Source: Octopus bimaculoides (lineage: Eukaryota). From it: 54,648 nucleotides of DNA. Below are positions 1-13,174 of this stretch, piece by piece. Location of the stretch: assembly GCF_001194135.2 (NCBI RefSeq), contig NC_068993.1:41065894-41120541 (forward strand), read 5' to 3'. Position numbers and translations under genes: made by a program. Position 1 is the first letter of the stretch. Each line of letters opens with the position of its first letter. The notes below the pieces were generated by a model. That model saw only the letters and a program-made list of their open reading frames with translations. It was not told the DNA's origin and did no database searches.

Positions 1-61
<61 letters not shown>

Positions 62-555
62 ATATGTATGTATATATTTGTGTATATACGTATGTATATA
101 TATATGTATATAAATATGTGTATATACGTATGTATATCTATATATGTATATATGCGTATATATATATGTATATATATATGTGTGTGTATATATATGTACA
201 TATATGTGTGTATATATGCATTTATGTATGCATATATACATATATGTATGTATATATGCATATATATATATGTATATATGTTTGCATGTATATGTACATA
301 TGCATATATATATGTATATATACATGTATATATATNNNNNNNNNNNNNNNNNNNNNNNNNNNNNNNNNNNNNNNNNNNNNNNNNNNNNNNNNNNNNNNNN
401 NNNNNNNNNNNNNNNNNNNNNNNNNNNNNNNNNNNATGTACCTATATATATGTGTGTGTGTATATGTGCATATATACGTGTGTATGTATCTCTCTCTCTC
501 TCTCTCTCTCTCCATATATATATTTGTGTGTATGTATGTATATGTGTATATATAT
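1..555. repeat. (TA)n/(TATG)n compound microsatellite with gap 336-435
   Basis: Direct inspection. Confidence 0.95.
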
Positions 556-2094
556 TTCTTGGTGTGTTGGGGGAGGGCTTCTTTCAATTTCCGCCTATTA
601 TATCTATTTTGGTCAGTTCACAATTGTAGTAGTAGGCACTTGATCAAGTTCCATTCTTTGGGTTTGAACCGAGAACCAACTGTTTAGGAAACAAACTTCT
701 ATCCCTCAGCCAATCTTGCATACGGAAATTTTCAATATATTTTATTCTCTTTTTCAACGTTTACAATTTTCAGTGGAGCAACACAAATAACAGTATTTTA
801 TTATAGAAATATCATTCATTATTATTTATTTATTAATTGTATTTTCCATTATTGATTGATCGATTGTTATATTTTGTATTTCTATTATCTGAAATCTTTG
901 TCAGTTATGCATGCACAGACATGGCAATGTGATTAAGAAATTCTCTTCGGGTTTAAACTCTCAGTACAACAACGTGTCCAAGTGTCCGGACTGACCAATA
1001 CCTTGTGCAAAACATGCATGTATATATTTATGTAAGTGCCAGTGGCGTATGGTGGTTTTTGTATTGGGTGTTGTGTTACACACAATGCCACCAAATTTCA
1101 AGCATTGATATAACAAAAGTTTTACATTAAGTTTTGTGATTATATTAATGAGTAAGATTAACATATATATAGTGAAGTTGCCATTTTTGATGGGTGTGTA
1201 GCGCACGTCTAGCACGCGCGCGCCCGTGTGTGTGTGTGTGTGTGTGTGCGTGTGCGTGTGTCGTTTGGGTGTTCTGCAGTCTTGATAGGAGTAGAAGCAG
1301 TTAATGTTGTTAATAGACTAGTTTTTGTTAAGTAAATACAAACTTATGTTTTTGAACCGATGATGGAGTGTTTACGTTTCTGCAACTAGCGATTGGACAA
1401 AAGACACCGATAAAATAACTACCAAACTTAAAATGTACTGGAATCAATTTGATCAACTAGACATTTCTAGGTGGTGCCATAGCGTGGCCACAGTCCAATC
1501 ACCGAAGAAAGTAAAAGAATGTATAAATATCACCGTCGAATCCAACGGTGCAGCAATTCTGTTCAACCATCATTCGTAATTCGTAAAAAAAAAAAAAAAA
1601 CACTATTAGATTTAATTACTACCTTGCCCTTCCCTATAGTTTTTGCTGTTATTTTGCCCTGGTTCATCCCTAATCGAGCAGATCTATGAACAAAGCCATT
1701 CTCGCCTTTTCTGATATAGGGTACGGTGCGTCAGGCACCATCATCGAATTTGCCCTTCACTGTAAGGAGAAATTTAACAAAGTTGATCAAGTCTGTTTTC
1801 GCAGTCCCAAGAAGGAAGTAGGGTTCCTCAAGATCCAAAGTATGCGCGCGTGCGTGTGTGTGAGAGACAGAGAGAGAGAGGGTGAGAGACAGAGAGAGAG
1901 AGAGAGACCTGGTGGATAGTCACAGGCCCCTCTTCAGTTCTCTGAGCTCTGGGACCAACGTGCCAGCTGAATCTTATCTGTCTCTTATAGACAGTGATGG
2001 TACGGTGTGATTTGCGAGATTCGGCTGCTGTTTATTGGAAGATGAGTGATCACAAAGAAGGCCCCTTTGCATCTGTAAGGAAGAAGAAAAGAAA

Positions 2095-2170
2095 AATTCT
2101 ATAAAGTAACGATTCCATAAAGTAGCGATTCCATAAAGTAGCGCTTCCATAGAATAACAATTCCATAAAA
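2095..2170. repeat. 16-bp minisatellite, about 4.5 copies
   Basis: ataaagtagcgattcc variants at 2101, 2117, 2133 and 2149. Confidence 0.9.
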
Positions 2171-2302
2171 TCTTACAAGACAACTGTATAGGGTTGTCAT
2201 TTAACGGAAAATCCTGCGACAAGACGTAACTTAAATCTGCGGAAACTCAGCGATAATTCATGGGGTGCACGATGAACAGCGAGAATCTAAACAATGCATC
2301 TA

Positions 2303-2527
2303 CAGTAATCCCTCGACTATCGCAGGTGTTCTGTTAAAAAAAAAACCGCGATAGGTGAAAATCCGCGAAGTAGAAACAATACTGTACTGTATATATTTAT
2401 TATTATTATTTTTATAATTTGTATATATTTATTTTATTGCGAATGCAAAACAAAACCATAGAGGAATTGATGTAAGCTTAACGAATAAACTGCGATAGGT
2501 GAACCGCAATATAGCGAGGTGTTACTG
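2303..2527. mobile_element. Tigger/pogo-like MITE
   Basis: TA|CAGTAATCCCTCGACTATCGC ... ATAGCGAGGTGTTACTG|TA: TIRs with TA target duplication. Confidence 0.8.
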
Positions 2528-2540
2528 TAATCACTTTCAC

Positions 2541-3155
2541 AACGTTTTATGAGATTTGAACGTAAATATCTTATCGCTGTTGTTTTTCGTTATCGAAGAA
2601 CATCTTTCGTTAGACGTGTGTTCATTAGTACTCGACTTGACGATGTAATGAGACTTTGATACACCGAGTTTTATCTCTTCAGTCGTAGCTACTCTGCCAG
2701 GCCGACGAGCGCGAGCTCTTGTTAGATGCATTGTTCCGGCGGAGAAACTTTGAGGAGACATACAACGATGTCGAAACACTGCAGTTTATCAAAGTCCCCT
2801 TACTCCGACGAGATGAGTGTTATGATCATGCAACATGTAAAACAGTGGTTTTCAACCATTTTTTGCCGACGGGCCCCTTTCATTCTTATTTTATTACAGT
2901 GAACCCTCGTTGTCATTCAGTGCTTTAAAAAACCCTATTATATTTTCATAATCAAATATTTGGAATTGCTTAAACAAAAATTGAAATATTTTGTGTGTTG
3001 TAGAAGTATAACCGGTTTATTATAAATGTTAACAAAATGTTATGGATCCCCAAAGGTCACGTGGACCCGGTTGAGAATCTCTGGTCTAAAAGATGTTCTC
3101 CGATTGCGATAAACAACAGCGATCAGTTAATCTACATTCGGATCTGCCAAAACGT
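2541..3155. mobile_element. Old foldback element (arms 2541-2615 and 3084-3155) hosting a nested hAT MITE
   Basis: Reverse complement of 2541-2615 aligns by eye with 3084-3155 (aagatgttct-cgat-cga-aaacaacagcgat). Confidence 0.6.
2843..3083. mobile_element. hAT/Charlie-like MITE
   Basis: TIRs CAGTGGTTTTCAACC and GGTTGAGAATCTCTG; 8-bp flanks atgtaaaa/gtctaaaa (6 of 8 match). Confidence 0.75.
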
Positions 3156-3476
3156 ATTAAGAATGAATTTTTTTCTAGAAATAACTAAGAAAATTGTTCA
3201 ATAATGAATAAATAGATTAAGATTTTATTTGATTTTGAACTTGTTTACGCCCCTTAACTCGTACTGAGTAAATAATTTTAAGCAATGACTGATGTGGCTA
3301 TTCAAAAATAACGTGCTAAGTATGATGTAAATTATTGTGTAACCCATGAAATTATTACATCTTTTGTGAAACAATGTGTTATCTAAGACTACTTTGTCAA
3401 GCTTCAAGGTGCGTAGTCCAGTGGTTAGGACGTTGGGCTCGCAATAATAATGTCATATGCAGTGTTCTCTCTAAAC

Positions 3477-3730
3477 CAATGGATTTCAATTGGGGTTCAC
3501 ATGATCTTTAGGGGTCCACGTAAGATTTTGTTGTTAAAGTTTATTTGCGAGAAATCAGTTATACTTCTACAGTACAGAAAATATTCTAACAGTTTTCTTA
3601 TACAATTCCTAATAATACCTAATTATACAACTATAATAGGAGTTTTAAAACATTGAATGGCTACTGGGGGTCCACCAGAGTAAAATGGGAACTAAGGGGG
3701 TTCATAAGCAAGAAATGGTTGAGAACCACT
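3477..3730. mobile_element. hAT/Charlie-like MITE (second copy)
   Basis: Decayed 5' TIR caatggatttcaa, 3' TIR ggttgagaaccact; flanks ctctaaac/ctttaaac. Confidence 0.65.
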
Positions 3731-5043
3731 TTAAACTGAGCCCTTGTGTGTACACATGTGTACACGTTTTGCAACAAAGAAATGAATGTAATATTTTGTC
3801 AAGGAAGACAAAATTTGCATGCAACACAAATTCCTGCGCACACTCAAAGCAATAATAATAATAATAATAATAATAATAATCAGAGAGGACATTGGTCCTA
3901 AGTTTTCTTTCTGGAGCGGGTGACATAAAGACTCCGTGAACACGGCACTTCACTTCGCTTCACGCTGTTTGTCTAACCAGTTAAAAATGAGTGTTATATC
4001 TTAGCTGTACCGTTGAGCCAAGATTATGAGGGTCGAGAGCGTGTCTATAACAATTAGCGAAACCGTTGATCATGTGACCAAGCCATACTCGCGCTCGCAA
4101 ATATTTACAGGATGGTAATAGAATTTGAGGGAGATTTAGCTGTTATTTTCAGCAGATCAAGTAACCGTACAAAGTTGTTATTGTTTAACCCCGCATCGAC
4201 ATTAATTGAGTAGGTCTATGATCAAAGACGTTTTATCTAGAGACTCTCACTATTTGCCTGGCCCTTATTTGAAGCTTTATATTTTGATAGACATATACAA
4301 ATTTGCCTGTTATTAATCACCCGTGACTCTTAAATAAATACAAGCTTGCATTTATCTACTCCGTATCAGAAACAAACTAGTCTGTTAACAACATTGACTG
4401 GTTCCACTCCCAACAAGACTTTTATTTATTCATTGTAACCTGACCCTGTTCTTATTGCTACTAGACGCCAACAAATAGCTTTTTAAGTATTTATTTTACT
4501 ACGTCTTGAGGTTTTTCAAGATTTCCTGTCCATGTAAACACAAAAAGCCTGTTATGGGACGTAATTAATTAATGAACGTCCGCCTCTAAAGTAGGGCCAG
4601 ACAAGTTCAGTGTGAGTTTCCTAATTCAAGAGTATCGTAAACATTATTACCATTATGATATTTCTAATTAGCTACATTAATTAGCTACATTTAATGCTTG
4701 CTACATTAGGTATGTTAACATTGTTGTGTGGTTTAGAAGATCGCTTTACACCTGTTTGGTCCTTGGTTCGATCTCAATGCTTGGCCTTTTGAGCAACTGT
4801 CTTCTGCCATAACGTCGAGTTAACAAACACACTATCCAAATTTTGGTACAAGGCCAGTAATTTCGGGGAAGGTGATAATCGATTGTCTCGACCCCGGTGT
4901 TCAACTGATACCTGATTTATCGACCCTGAAAGGATGAAAGGCAAAGTCGATCTCGGCGGAATTTGAACTAGGAACAGGAAGAAATGCCGCTAAGCAGTTT
5001 GTCCGGATATTTATGGTTTGAAGGCCAACACTTGTTTTCTTAA

Positions 5044-5726
5044 CGAAACACTTTCAAACTTGGGATACTGGTAGAATGTGTCATATAAAACATCTTTTTC
5101 TCTTAGCCTTCTTAACAAAAATTACTTCTTAATAAGCTATTTCATGTTAAAGTTGTCGTATTTCTGTAATTTCAACCAATCACTGACGTCTATTCAGCTG
5201 AATACAGTTAGTGCTGTTCGGTGTCAAGTGTGTTATTCCTTGTTTAATTATATCATTATTCCCTAGTAAGGGTTTAAGGTTAGGGTTAGGGTTATGGTTA
5301 TGATTTATAGGGTTAGGGTTAAGGTTATGGCAAAAATAATCATAACCCTAACCGTAATCCTAAAACTAACCCTAACTCTAAAACCCGAACCCTAACCCTA
5401 AAACCCTAAAGCTAAAACCAGTACAAACGCACAAACGATGTCATAAATAACAGTGACAAACGAAATATATACCGCTGATAGTTGATGTTGACAACGGATA
5501 GTTTTTGCTGACAAACAACGGCACTAATGTTATTCAAGGGAAAAAATCCCGGAACACCGTTGTTTACATTCCACGGCGTAAATGTTTTCACCTCAATAGA
5601 CCTCAGTGATTGGTTGAAATTACCGAAATACGACAATTTTTTTACATGAAATAACTTCGAATACAAATTTTTTTATCTGTTCTATAACACAAAATATACA
5701 AGTATTCGAAGTTTGAAAGTGTTTCG
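5044..5726. mobile_element. Non-autonomous TIR element with internal inverted telomere-like arrays
   Basis: Termini CGAAACACTTTCAAACTT and AAGTTTGAAAGTGTTTCG; inverted arms extend about 150 bp; core has TTAGGG-like then CCCTAA-like repeats. Confidence 0.75.
5270..5418. repeat. Degenerate interstitial (TTAGGG)n-(CCCTAA)n telomere-like repeats
   Basis: ggttagggttagggttatgg (5270-5330), then ccctaaccgtaatcctaaaactaaccctaa (5343-5418). Confidence 0.85.
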
Positions 5727-7240
5727 GTACCAAAAACACTACAAAAAAAAAAAAAAAATGTTGGCCGTCAAACCATAAGGATCCGTTTGTCCAGTATGCT
5801 AACTATTTTTGCCCCCTTTATAATAATAACTGCGTGTATTTGTCCGTCCAATCCTTGACAGCCGATGCAGGTTTGTTTACATCTCCGTAGCATAACAGTT
5901 CGGCAAAACAGAACGATAAAATACTATCCAGACTTTAAAAAGATGTAAGTACTATGGCAGTTTCGTTCGACTAAACCTTTCAAGGTTGTGTCCCAGTATG
6001 GTCGCAATCAAATGACTGGAGCAAGTAAATCGATATGTATACCACTGAGGCAGATTAAAAAGGACGTAGTAAACCAAACGATATGAAATAAGTTCAAACG
6101 ACAATCAATAACGTTGCTCTTCACTGGCCAAAGAATTTCCGGCTCATATTAAGAGTCTACTTAGCGTATTTAGATCGAAATTCCGATCATCGTTTCCTGT
6201 TATTTATTATTTATTTGTTGTTTGTTTCTTTTGTAGATTGATGATATAAACAAACATTTGAAAATATTGATAAAGGTTCTACTAAATAAAAAATAGAAAA
6301 AGAGAAAAAAAAAAGCGGCCAGCTGATCCCCCTTTCAAAAGAACAATTCCTCCCATTACTACTCAATACAAAGCAAGGTATTTCAAATACACAAATAGAT
6401 GAATATATATTTGTGTCTTTATCCATTGTGTCAAAGTTCACGACATCGGGGCGTGAGCGTGCGTGCGTGCGAATAATGTCACTAAACAATGATGAGGTCG
6501 AAAATTTGTATTGAACCTAGAAGCTTAAAGAAATTTTCCGTAAATATAATAATTAAAAAAAAAAAGAAAAAGAGACGCTGACATTCCTGTGTGATTAGGA
6601 AGTTCGTTTCACACGCGCATGCACGCGCGAACAGATTCTACACGGTTTCCCGAACCAAATTGGCCGAGCCGACCAATGACTTGTAAATAAATTTGGCACA
6701 TGGATGCGCTGTGGAAGCTGTGTGTGTGTGTGTGTCCAATCAATATTGGTTTGTTTACGTCCTACTGGTGTTGATTTCTTCGACTAACTCCAACAACGCG
6801 GTGCCCCAGCATTGCCGCAGTTCAATGACTCACATAAAAGAATAGCAAAATAAAAGTACACACCGTTTTATGAAAATAACCAAACCATCGCCGACATATA
6901 TTTCATTAAGAGTCAAGTATTCCTGTATGTGTCCTCTTTTTCGCATTATTTTCTAGCAAGCACGCCGGACAAAATGGTGAGCGACATTTCGCTCGTCTTC
7001 ATGTTCTGAGTTCAACATCCGCTGAGGTCGATTTTGCCTTTCATCCTTTCAGGGTCGATAAAATATGTACCGTTTGAGCACTGGGGTTGATGTAATCGAC
7101 TTAGCCACTTGCTCGAAACTACTGGCCTTGTGCTAAAATTTGAAACCATTATTTACAAGCAACGATTCCTATTAAGAAGTGTGTTTAATAAAGAAGTCGA
7201 TCCTACTCAATTTAAAATCGATATTAATCCCAAAATTAAA

Positions 7241-7443
7241 GGCGGTGAGCTGGCAGAATCGTTAGCACGCCGGACGAAATACTTAGCGGTATTTCGTCTG
7301 CCGTTACGTTCTGAGTTCAAATTCCGCCGAGGTCGACTTTGCCTTTCATCCTTTCGGGGTCGATAAATTAAGTACCTGTTACGCACTGAGGTCGATGTAA
7401 TCGACTTAATCCATTTGTCTGTCTTTGTTTGTCCCCTCTATGT
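7241..7443 (+). mobile_element. tRNA-derived SINE family A, best-preserved copy (many more across the window, e.g. 4835-5010, 16222-16400, 22255-22470, 32720-34345, 43136-43500, 53550-54070)
   Basis: A-box-like GAGCTGGCAGAATCGTTAGC, B-box GAGTTCAAATTCC, central GCCTTTCATCCTTTCGGGGTCGATAAATTAAGTACC. Resemblance of the central domain to Meta/MESC-type SINEs is an inference. Confidence 0.85.
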
Positions 7444-7507
7444 ATACACTTAAAATTTGTATACAAGTAGCAATTTTCTGTTAAGGTTTCCTCTTTTGCC
7501 AGTTGCA
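7440..7507. repeat. Perfect 68-bp inverted duplicate of 10134-10201
   Basis: Base-by-base check: exact reverse complement. Confidence 0.95.
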
Positions 7508-8482
7508 CTAAAGAAATAAGAATCATTAGCATGCCTGGCAAAATGCTTACCATTTCGCCTGTTTTTGCGTTTTGAGTTAAAATTCCACTGAGGTGGACTT
7601 TGCTTTTTATCCTTGGGGTGGGGGTCGATGAAATAAGTTTCAGTCAAGCACTGGGAGCGGTGTCTTCGACTGCCCCCTCATCTCCCTACAAAATTTCATG
7701 CGTTGTTCCTACAGCAGAAATGATACTAATCCCAAGATTTATCTCAAAATCGATCACAAAATTAAGAGAATTGCTTTAGAGATATCTAATGCAGATGCAA
7801 AAGATGACTGCGTGTAAATTTAACGAATTAAAAAAAGAATTACGTAAGTGCATGAAGCGGGGAAAATGAATTAAAAATATCTACGCCAAAATTATAATGA
7901 AGGTAAAAAATGAAACTTTACAGCTGAGATGATTTTATAAACACATCACCAGTTCATAAATTCCCGAAGAAAAGTACTTTTGAGATCAAGAACAAAGCTA
8001 TGTAACTTGGCTGAAACCAGGTTACGAGAGAGAGAGAGGGAGAGGGAGAGGGAGAGAGAGAGAGAGACTGACTGACTGACTGACTGACCATCGTATGTAG
8101 GCACGGACATCATTGTGTGACTAAGAGGCTCGCTTTGCAACCACATGCTTTGCTTATCAATCCCACCGCGCGGTACCTTATAGCACCGGGCTGACCAATA
8201 CTTTGCGATTGAAGTTGGTGGGCGGAAACAATGTGCAAGCCTGTCGTCCACACTACGACTACCACTTGACAACAGGTGTTGGCTTGTAACTTAATGGTTC
8301 AACAAAGCAGAACAATGGAATACATTCCAGACTGTTTACAAATATCACGCAGTGGTTGGTGGGTGGTTGCGCATCTGTTCCACTAACCCACCACTTCTGC
8401 TTCAAGGGTGGTGCACCAGCATGACCACAGTCCAATGAATGAAACAAGTAAAATAGTGTGTGTGTGTTGTGTTGTGTTGTGT

Positions 8483-8513
<31 letters not shown>

Positions 8514-8592
8514 TGTTCGAAAAAATAGTTCATATTCTATGAACTCGTACCTCGTATTTTTTTGTTGTTTACGTTTTGTGATGTCCTGTTCC

Positions 8593-8643
<51 letters not shown>

Positions 8644-9044
8644 GTATAGATGTAAGTATGTACATATAGGTAAGTATATATGCATATATATATATATATA
8701 TATATATATAACTTATATTATATATACATACATATACAAACCTAGTTTTTCTTATATACTAAAATAAATTTTAAAATCGGTATCTCTCCTCCCAATTCAA
8801 AGGTCACGCTCAGTGAACATAAAATCTCATCGAGCCATTCTGTTACATTTGTAAAATGCTGTCACCATTGACACTTATCAAATTAAAGCTGACCAAATTA
8901 ATCGGGAGCTAAATTCGATAAATACTAGAATTTGAAACGAGCTTTTGACATATACAAATTTGTTATCATTTACAAGGTTTGGTTTCTGTCTATTTCGAAA
9001 AAAAAAAAAAAAAAAGATATATTACTCTAAGCTTTTATTTATAA

Positions 9045-9470
9045 TCATTTGTCTTTGGTTAGTAAGTCTTATTTCCTATTTGATTCTATGTAGAAAACAA
9101 AGGAAATGACATCTATTTTCCATTACATTTTGGACAGATTCAGCGCTGATTTGCTGAGGCAGAAATATTGTTATAGCAAATATTCTGCTCATTATCACAG
9201 ATTTACTTGTCATTTGCTTGACCTTAACCTCTTCAGCATGTCCTTTAGTGGCTATCAATATGTGCATTTCTGATCATGAGCAGTAGTTGGGGGGGGGGGA
9301 GTCTCGTAACCATGCATTGATAGGGATTCTTTAGGTTTGAATAAATGTAACAACAGCAAAGTTTGAAGGAAGTATTTGCCATTTTTCATACTTCCTAGGG
9401 GTAAGCAAATAGAAAATGATAGTTGCTACCCAAGTACAAAAATCGTGTTATACAGTGTTATTTCAAGTAA
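9045..9470. mobile_element. Unclassified dispersed repeat, inverted relative to 27110-27560
   Basis: Shared blocks such as ggacagattcagcgctga, ttatagcaaatattctgctc, catgtcctttagtggct and ttgctacccaag. Confidence 0.75.
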
Positions 9471-10133
9471 AGAAATGTAATCTATAAGCGTGGTTTTGTG
9501 TTCGATTTTACTGCGCAGCAAACGTTTTTTATTAGTCTTGGAGTGAGAAAGGTCTCGTTAGAGGAACTGGGGAGATGGAACTCCTTCGCACGCACACGTT
9601 AAGTTTGTGGGGGATTTTATAGATATCTTCCGAATAACAAAGGAACATTTACTGAGGAGAGAACTCAATACTAAAAGTGGAGTAGAATATAAAATTAGTT
9701 TGACTGGAACTTCCACAAAGTAACTTAGTTGAATAAAATGCTTAACAGTATTTCCCCCGGCTCTTTAGGTCCTAAGTTCAAATTCCACCGAGGTCGAGTT
9801 TTGCCTTTCATCATTTCGGGGATCGATAAAATAAGTACCAATTGAGTACTCGGATCGATGTAATTGACTTATCCCCTGCCCCGAGATTACTGGCCTTGGG
9901 CCAAAATTTGAAACCATAATTATTAGTTTTATTTTATTTTTTTTTCAACCATACGTTTATATTCTGTAAATAGAAGTTATTGATCCTCGTGTATTACACA
10001 CTTCCTCTAAAAATGTGGCTTTTTAATGAATTAATAGTATTGCCATGGCACATGCATAAATATATCTTCTCCGAACACAAACTCGTCTTTCTAAGACTCT
10101 TGTTAGTCATATGACTTGTGTAAGGCTATCATT

Positions 10134-10201
10134 TGCAACTGGCAAAAGAGGAAACCTTAACAGAAAATTGCTACTTGTATACAAATTTTAAGTGTATACA
10201 T
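10134..10201. repeat. Perfect 68-bp inverted duplicate of 7440-7507
   Basis: Base-by-base check: exact reverse complement. Confidence 0.95.
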
Positions 10202-10493
10202 TTACACTGAACAGTAGCAGAATGACCCTATCATATTGAGAAGTCTATTACGATCTTTGCTTGTTAAAAATTGATTAAAGAAAAATAAAATAAACACTGC
10301 TCAACTATTATCCTTTCTGATATGGTTTCATTTTATATTTATCGAGCAATTTGCTTAATTACTTTTCGCGAAAAAATCTTTGTTCGTTAAATTTGTGAGA
10401 TATTTATTTCTTTTATTGCTCTGCTGCGAGCAAATATCGTGAATTTGCTTGTAAGCGAAAAAATTTTAAAGAAACTATGGAAATTACTATATG

Positions 10494-10855
10494 TGACACT
10501 CCGTCGGTTACGATGACGACGAGGGTTCCAGTTGATTCGTGAAATTAACGTGCAAGTGGCAGAGCACTCCACAAACACGTGTACCCATAACGTAGTTCTC
10601 GGACAGATTCAGCGTGACACAGAATGCGACAAGTTTGGCCCTTTGAAATACAGGTACAACTGAAACAGGAAGAAAGAGTGAGAGAAAGTTGTGGTGGAAG
10701 AATACAGTAGGGTTCGCCACCACACCCTGCCGGAGTCACGCGGAGCTTTAGGTGTTTTCGCTCAATACACACCCACAACACCCGGTCTGGGAATCGAAAC
10801 CGCGATCCTATGACCGCGAGTCCACTGCCCTTAACCACTGGGCCATTGTGCCTCC
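10494..10855 (-). mobile_element. tRNA-derived SINE family C, full length
   Basis: Minus-strand head GGAGGCACAATGGCCCAGTGGTTAAGGGCAGTGGACTCGCGG...GGTTTCGATTCCC; highly similar to 37535-37831. Confidence 0.85.
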
Positions 10856-13174
10856 ACGGAAATTACTATAATGCTGTTTTCTATAAGTTACTTTCATATT
10901 ACTTTTTTCTTTTTTACAAGCAAACTCACGATAGTTTCGGCGCCTTCTGTTACTTTCCAGAATCGATTTCTGTACGCTACTGGCTTTGTAGATAAGCAGT
11001 AATTTTCCGATTAAGCTACTTCTTTACTTTCTGCTGACGGTGGCTTACCACCAATTATTTTATTGCCGCTCGTTCCAGAAACACGAACATGCATCCAGAG
11101 AAAAAATATATTTAGCATGTGTCAATAGTAAACTTAATAGGACGTTATTACCTTGTGTCGCCTCGTTTTAGCTATCATCATATGTCATTATATTATTGCT
11201 CAATCATGAATTCATTTCAAGCTTATCGAACTCTTTACGCTGATTTACGCAAAAGAAAAATAGTATTTTTGGCACATGTACGTCAAATATATTCTTTCAT
11301 CTAGTTTATCAGTAAGGCGAGGTTAAGTTGACACCTGATAAGAACTGAACTAAGAAATTAAACTATGCTACATTCCTTCACATCACAATCTATGCCATTA
11401 CAACCGTCCAAAAGACATCCTACACCACTTGAAGAATCCTATATTTATTCTTGGACACAGGTCTTAATCCGTTAATCGGTTTAACATTAACACTCGACTC
11501 ATGAATGCCTTTAAAACAGTTTACTGTACTGCAAGATTTCGGGCCAGGTTTCCAGCTTCATGGTATATTCATCCTTTCTTATTACCAGCACTGGGGGTAT
11601 TGAAAAAGTTATGGGAGCTGTACCTTACTTCTCTAACTAAAAATGTATTAAATATAACCCACTGGAGCCAACATAGTCCTTAAACTTATTTGGAAAACAT
11701 GTAAAATGAAAAACCTGCTCTAAACAAGCTTTTAATGTGGTGAGTCATTATACACTTGTTTATTTTCTTTATCAAGATTGTCTAGAAAGCAAAACCCATG
11801 TTAACTGATATCACGCGCAGACACACGCAGTAAATATTTTATTTCCATTTGCCCGCCTTACAATAATACAAAACAACCTTTATGTTGTCTTTCAACATGA
11901 TAGAAGTGGTAGCTAAATTAACAAATTCACTGCTAAAAAAATAATAATAATGTTCTAACATCTTAAAAAAGACCAGTTGGGTAACGTGACCCAAGCTGCA
12001 CAGTTTCGGAGACGACGGGTTGGTTATATTTGAGCGCCTTCGATCTATGGTCAAAAGTGTTTTAGTACTTAATTTACCTCGGTTGGATTTCCCACAGAAG
12101 GCTGAATAAAAATCTTCTCTTGAGATGCACAAACAGACATTTGATGTATGCCATCCAAAGACAACGTACATACTTCACACTAGACATACATTTCCCCGAA
12201 CAGAGAGAAACATCGAGAAACCTCCTACACTGTGGTCATCTCAAATTAAATTTGATGCAATTCAACGAAACTCAATCATTACATATAAAGGAACTCTTAT
12301 AACATTATAATCTCCCACCTAAACAATATAGTAAATGAGCCAACAAAAGAGCTTTTATATAACCGCTTGAACAGCTAAAAATAAAAACAAAATCTTGCTC
12401 AAATCACATCCGAGCATCTTATATATAGACAATACATTAGATAATCGTATATAACTTTAAAAATACAGGACGGTCGTGGCAGAATGACTTTTGATCATAG
12501 TTATGTTTGATCAATGTTGATCTGTCATCAAACCACGGTGCCTACATGGGTAAATCTATGAAACTTACCACAGACTTTAGCGCTCGCACTTTTCTAAAAG
12601 CATCTTGTGATTAGACATCTTCGAATTAAGACTGCTTAGCAAACGTTAGGTTTCTTTTCCCGGAACTAAACATTTTTCTATTTTGAAAAGTTGCAGATCA
12701 TCGTCAAAGCATAAATGTGCTCAACATGACAGAATTGTACATGTATTTTTGAGCTGATATTGTTAAACACCTACATTCTGGATTTCCTAAAATAGCCGCT
12801 CATCAAACAGGTGAAATATTACCAAGGAATGAACCTCAACATGGCCATCCAACCTTCTAGAAATAGAAGCCAAATCTTTTTCAAATCATACCCTTATTAT
12901 CTTCATCACTGTATATTGTTTCAACAACTGCCTCCTATATGCTCCCAACGATTCTGCGTCAGATATTTTCACACGTTTAAAGAAATTTTTCACGGGTCGA
13001 CATGTATAACTCAAGTACATGGTATGGACATTCATTTAACCTGATCAGATTAAGAATTCGTTATCTTATCATGTCGGTAACACCTATTATAAATGTCCTG
13101 TCACGTAGACATTTTTGTTATTGTAATCACTGCATACATTGACATAATTAAATATGTGGATAGTTGTGAAATAT

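Noticed and set aside
52-687. Long ORFs rich in YI, CV, HT or LS dipeptides (also 14603-14902, 24983-25224, 28908-29306, 34280-34538, 49795-50016, 51496-52876)
   Set aside because: Translations of microsatellites, which lack stop codons in some frames.
2095-2170. CRISPR-like arrays (also 28509-28611)
   Set aside because: Contiguous tandem units with no spacers, in eukaryotic DNA with no cas genes.
2701-2928. Protein-looking ORF ADERELLLDALFRRRNFEE as a possible PVF exon
   Set aside because: No good donor; runs into a hAT MITE and lies inside a foldback element.
5270-5418. Ancestral chromosome fusion site
   Set aside because: The arrays are short and enclosed by transposon-like inverted arms; a mobile element is the simpler explanation.
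10780-10855. tRNA-like sequences (also at 7241, 16642, 35250-35331, 37535)
   Set aside because: They are SINE heads that continue into SINE bodies and lack a complete cloverleaf.
12780-12990. Possible NUMT (minus frame with several TGA codons)
   Set aside because: No recognisable mitochondrial protein, and a TAG stop remains.
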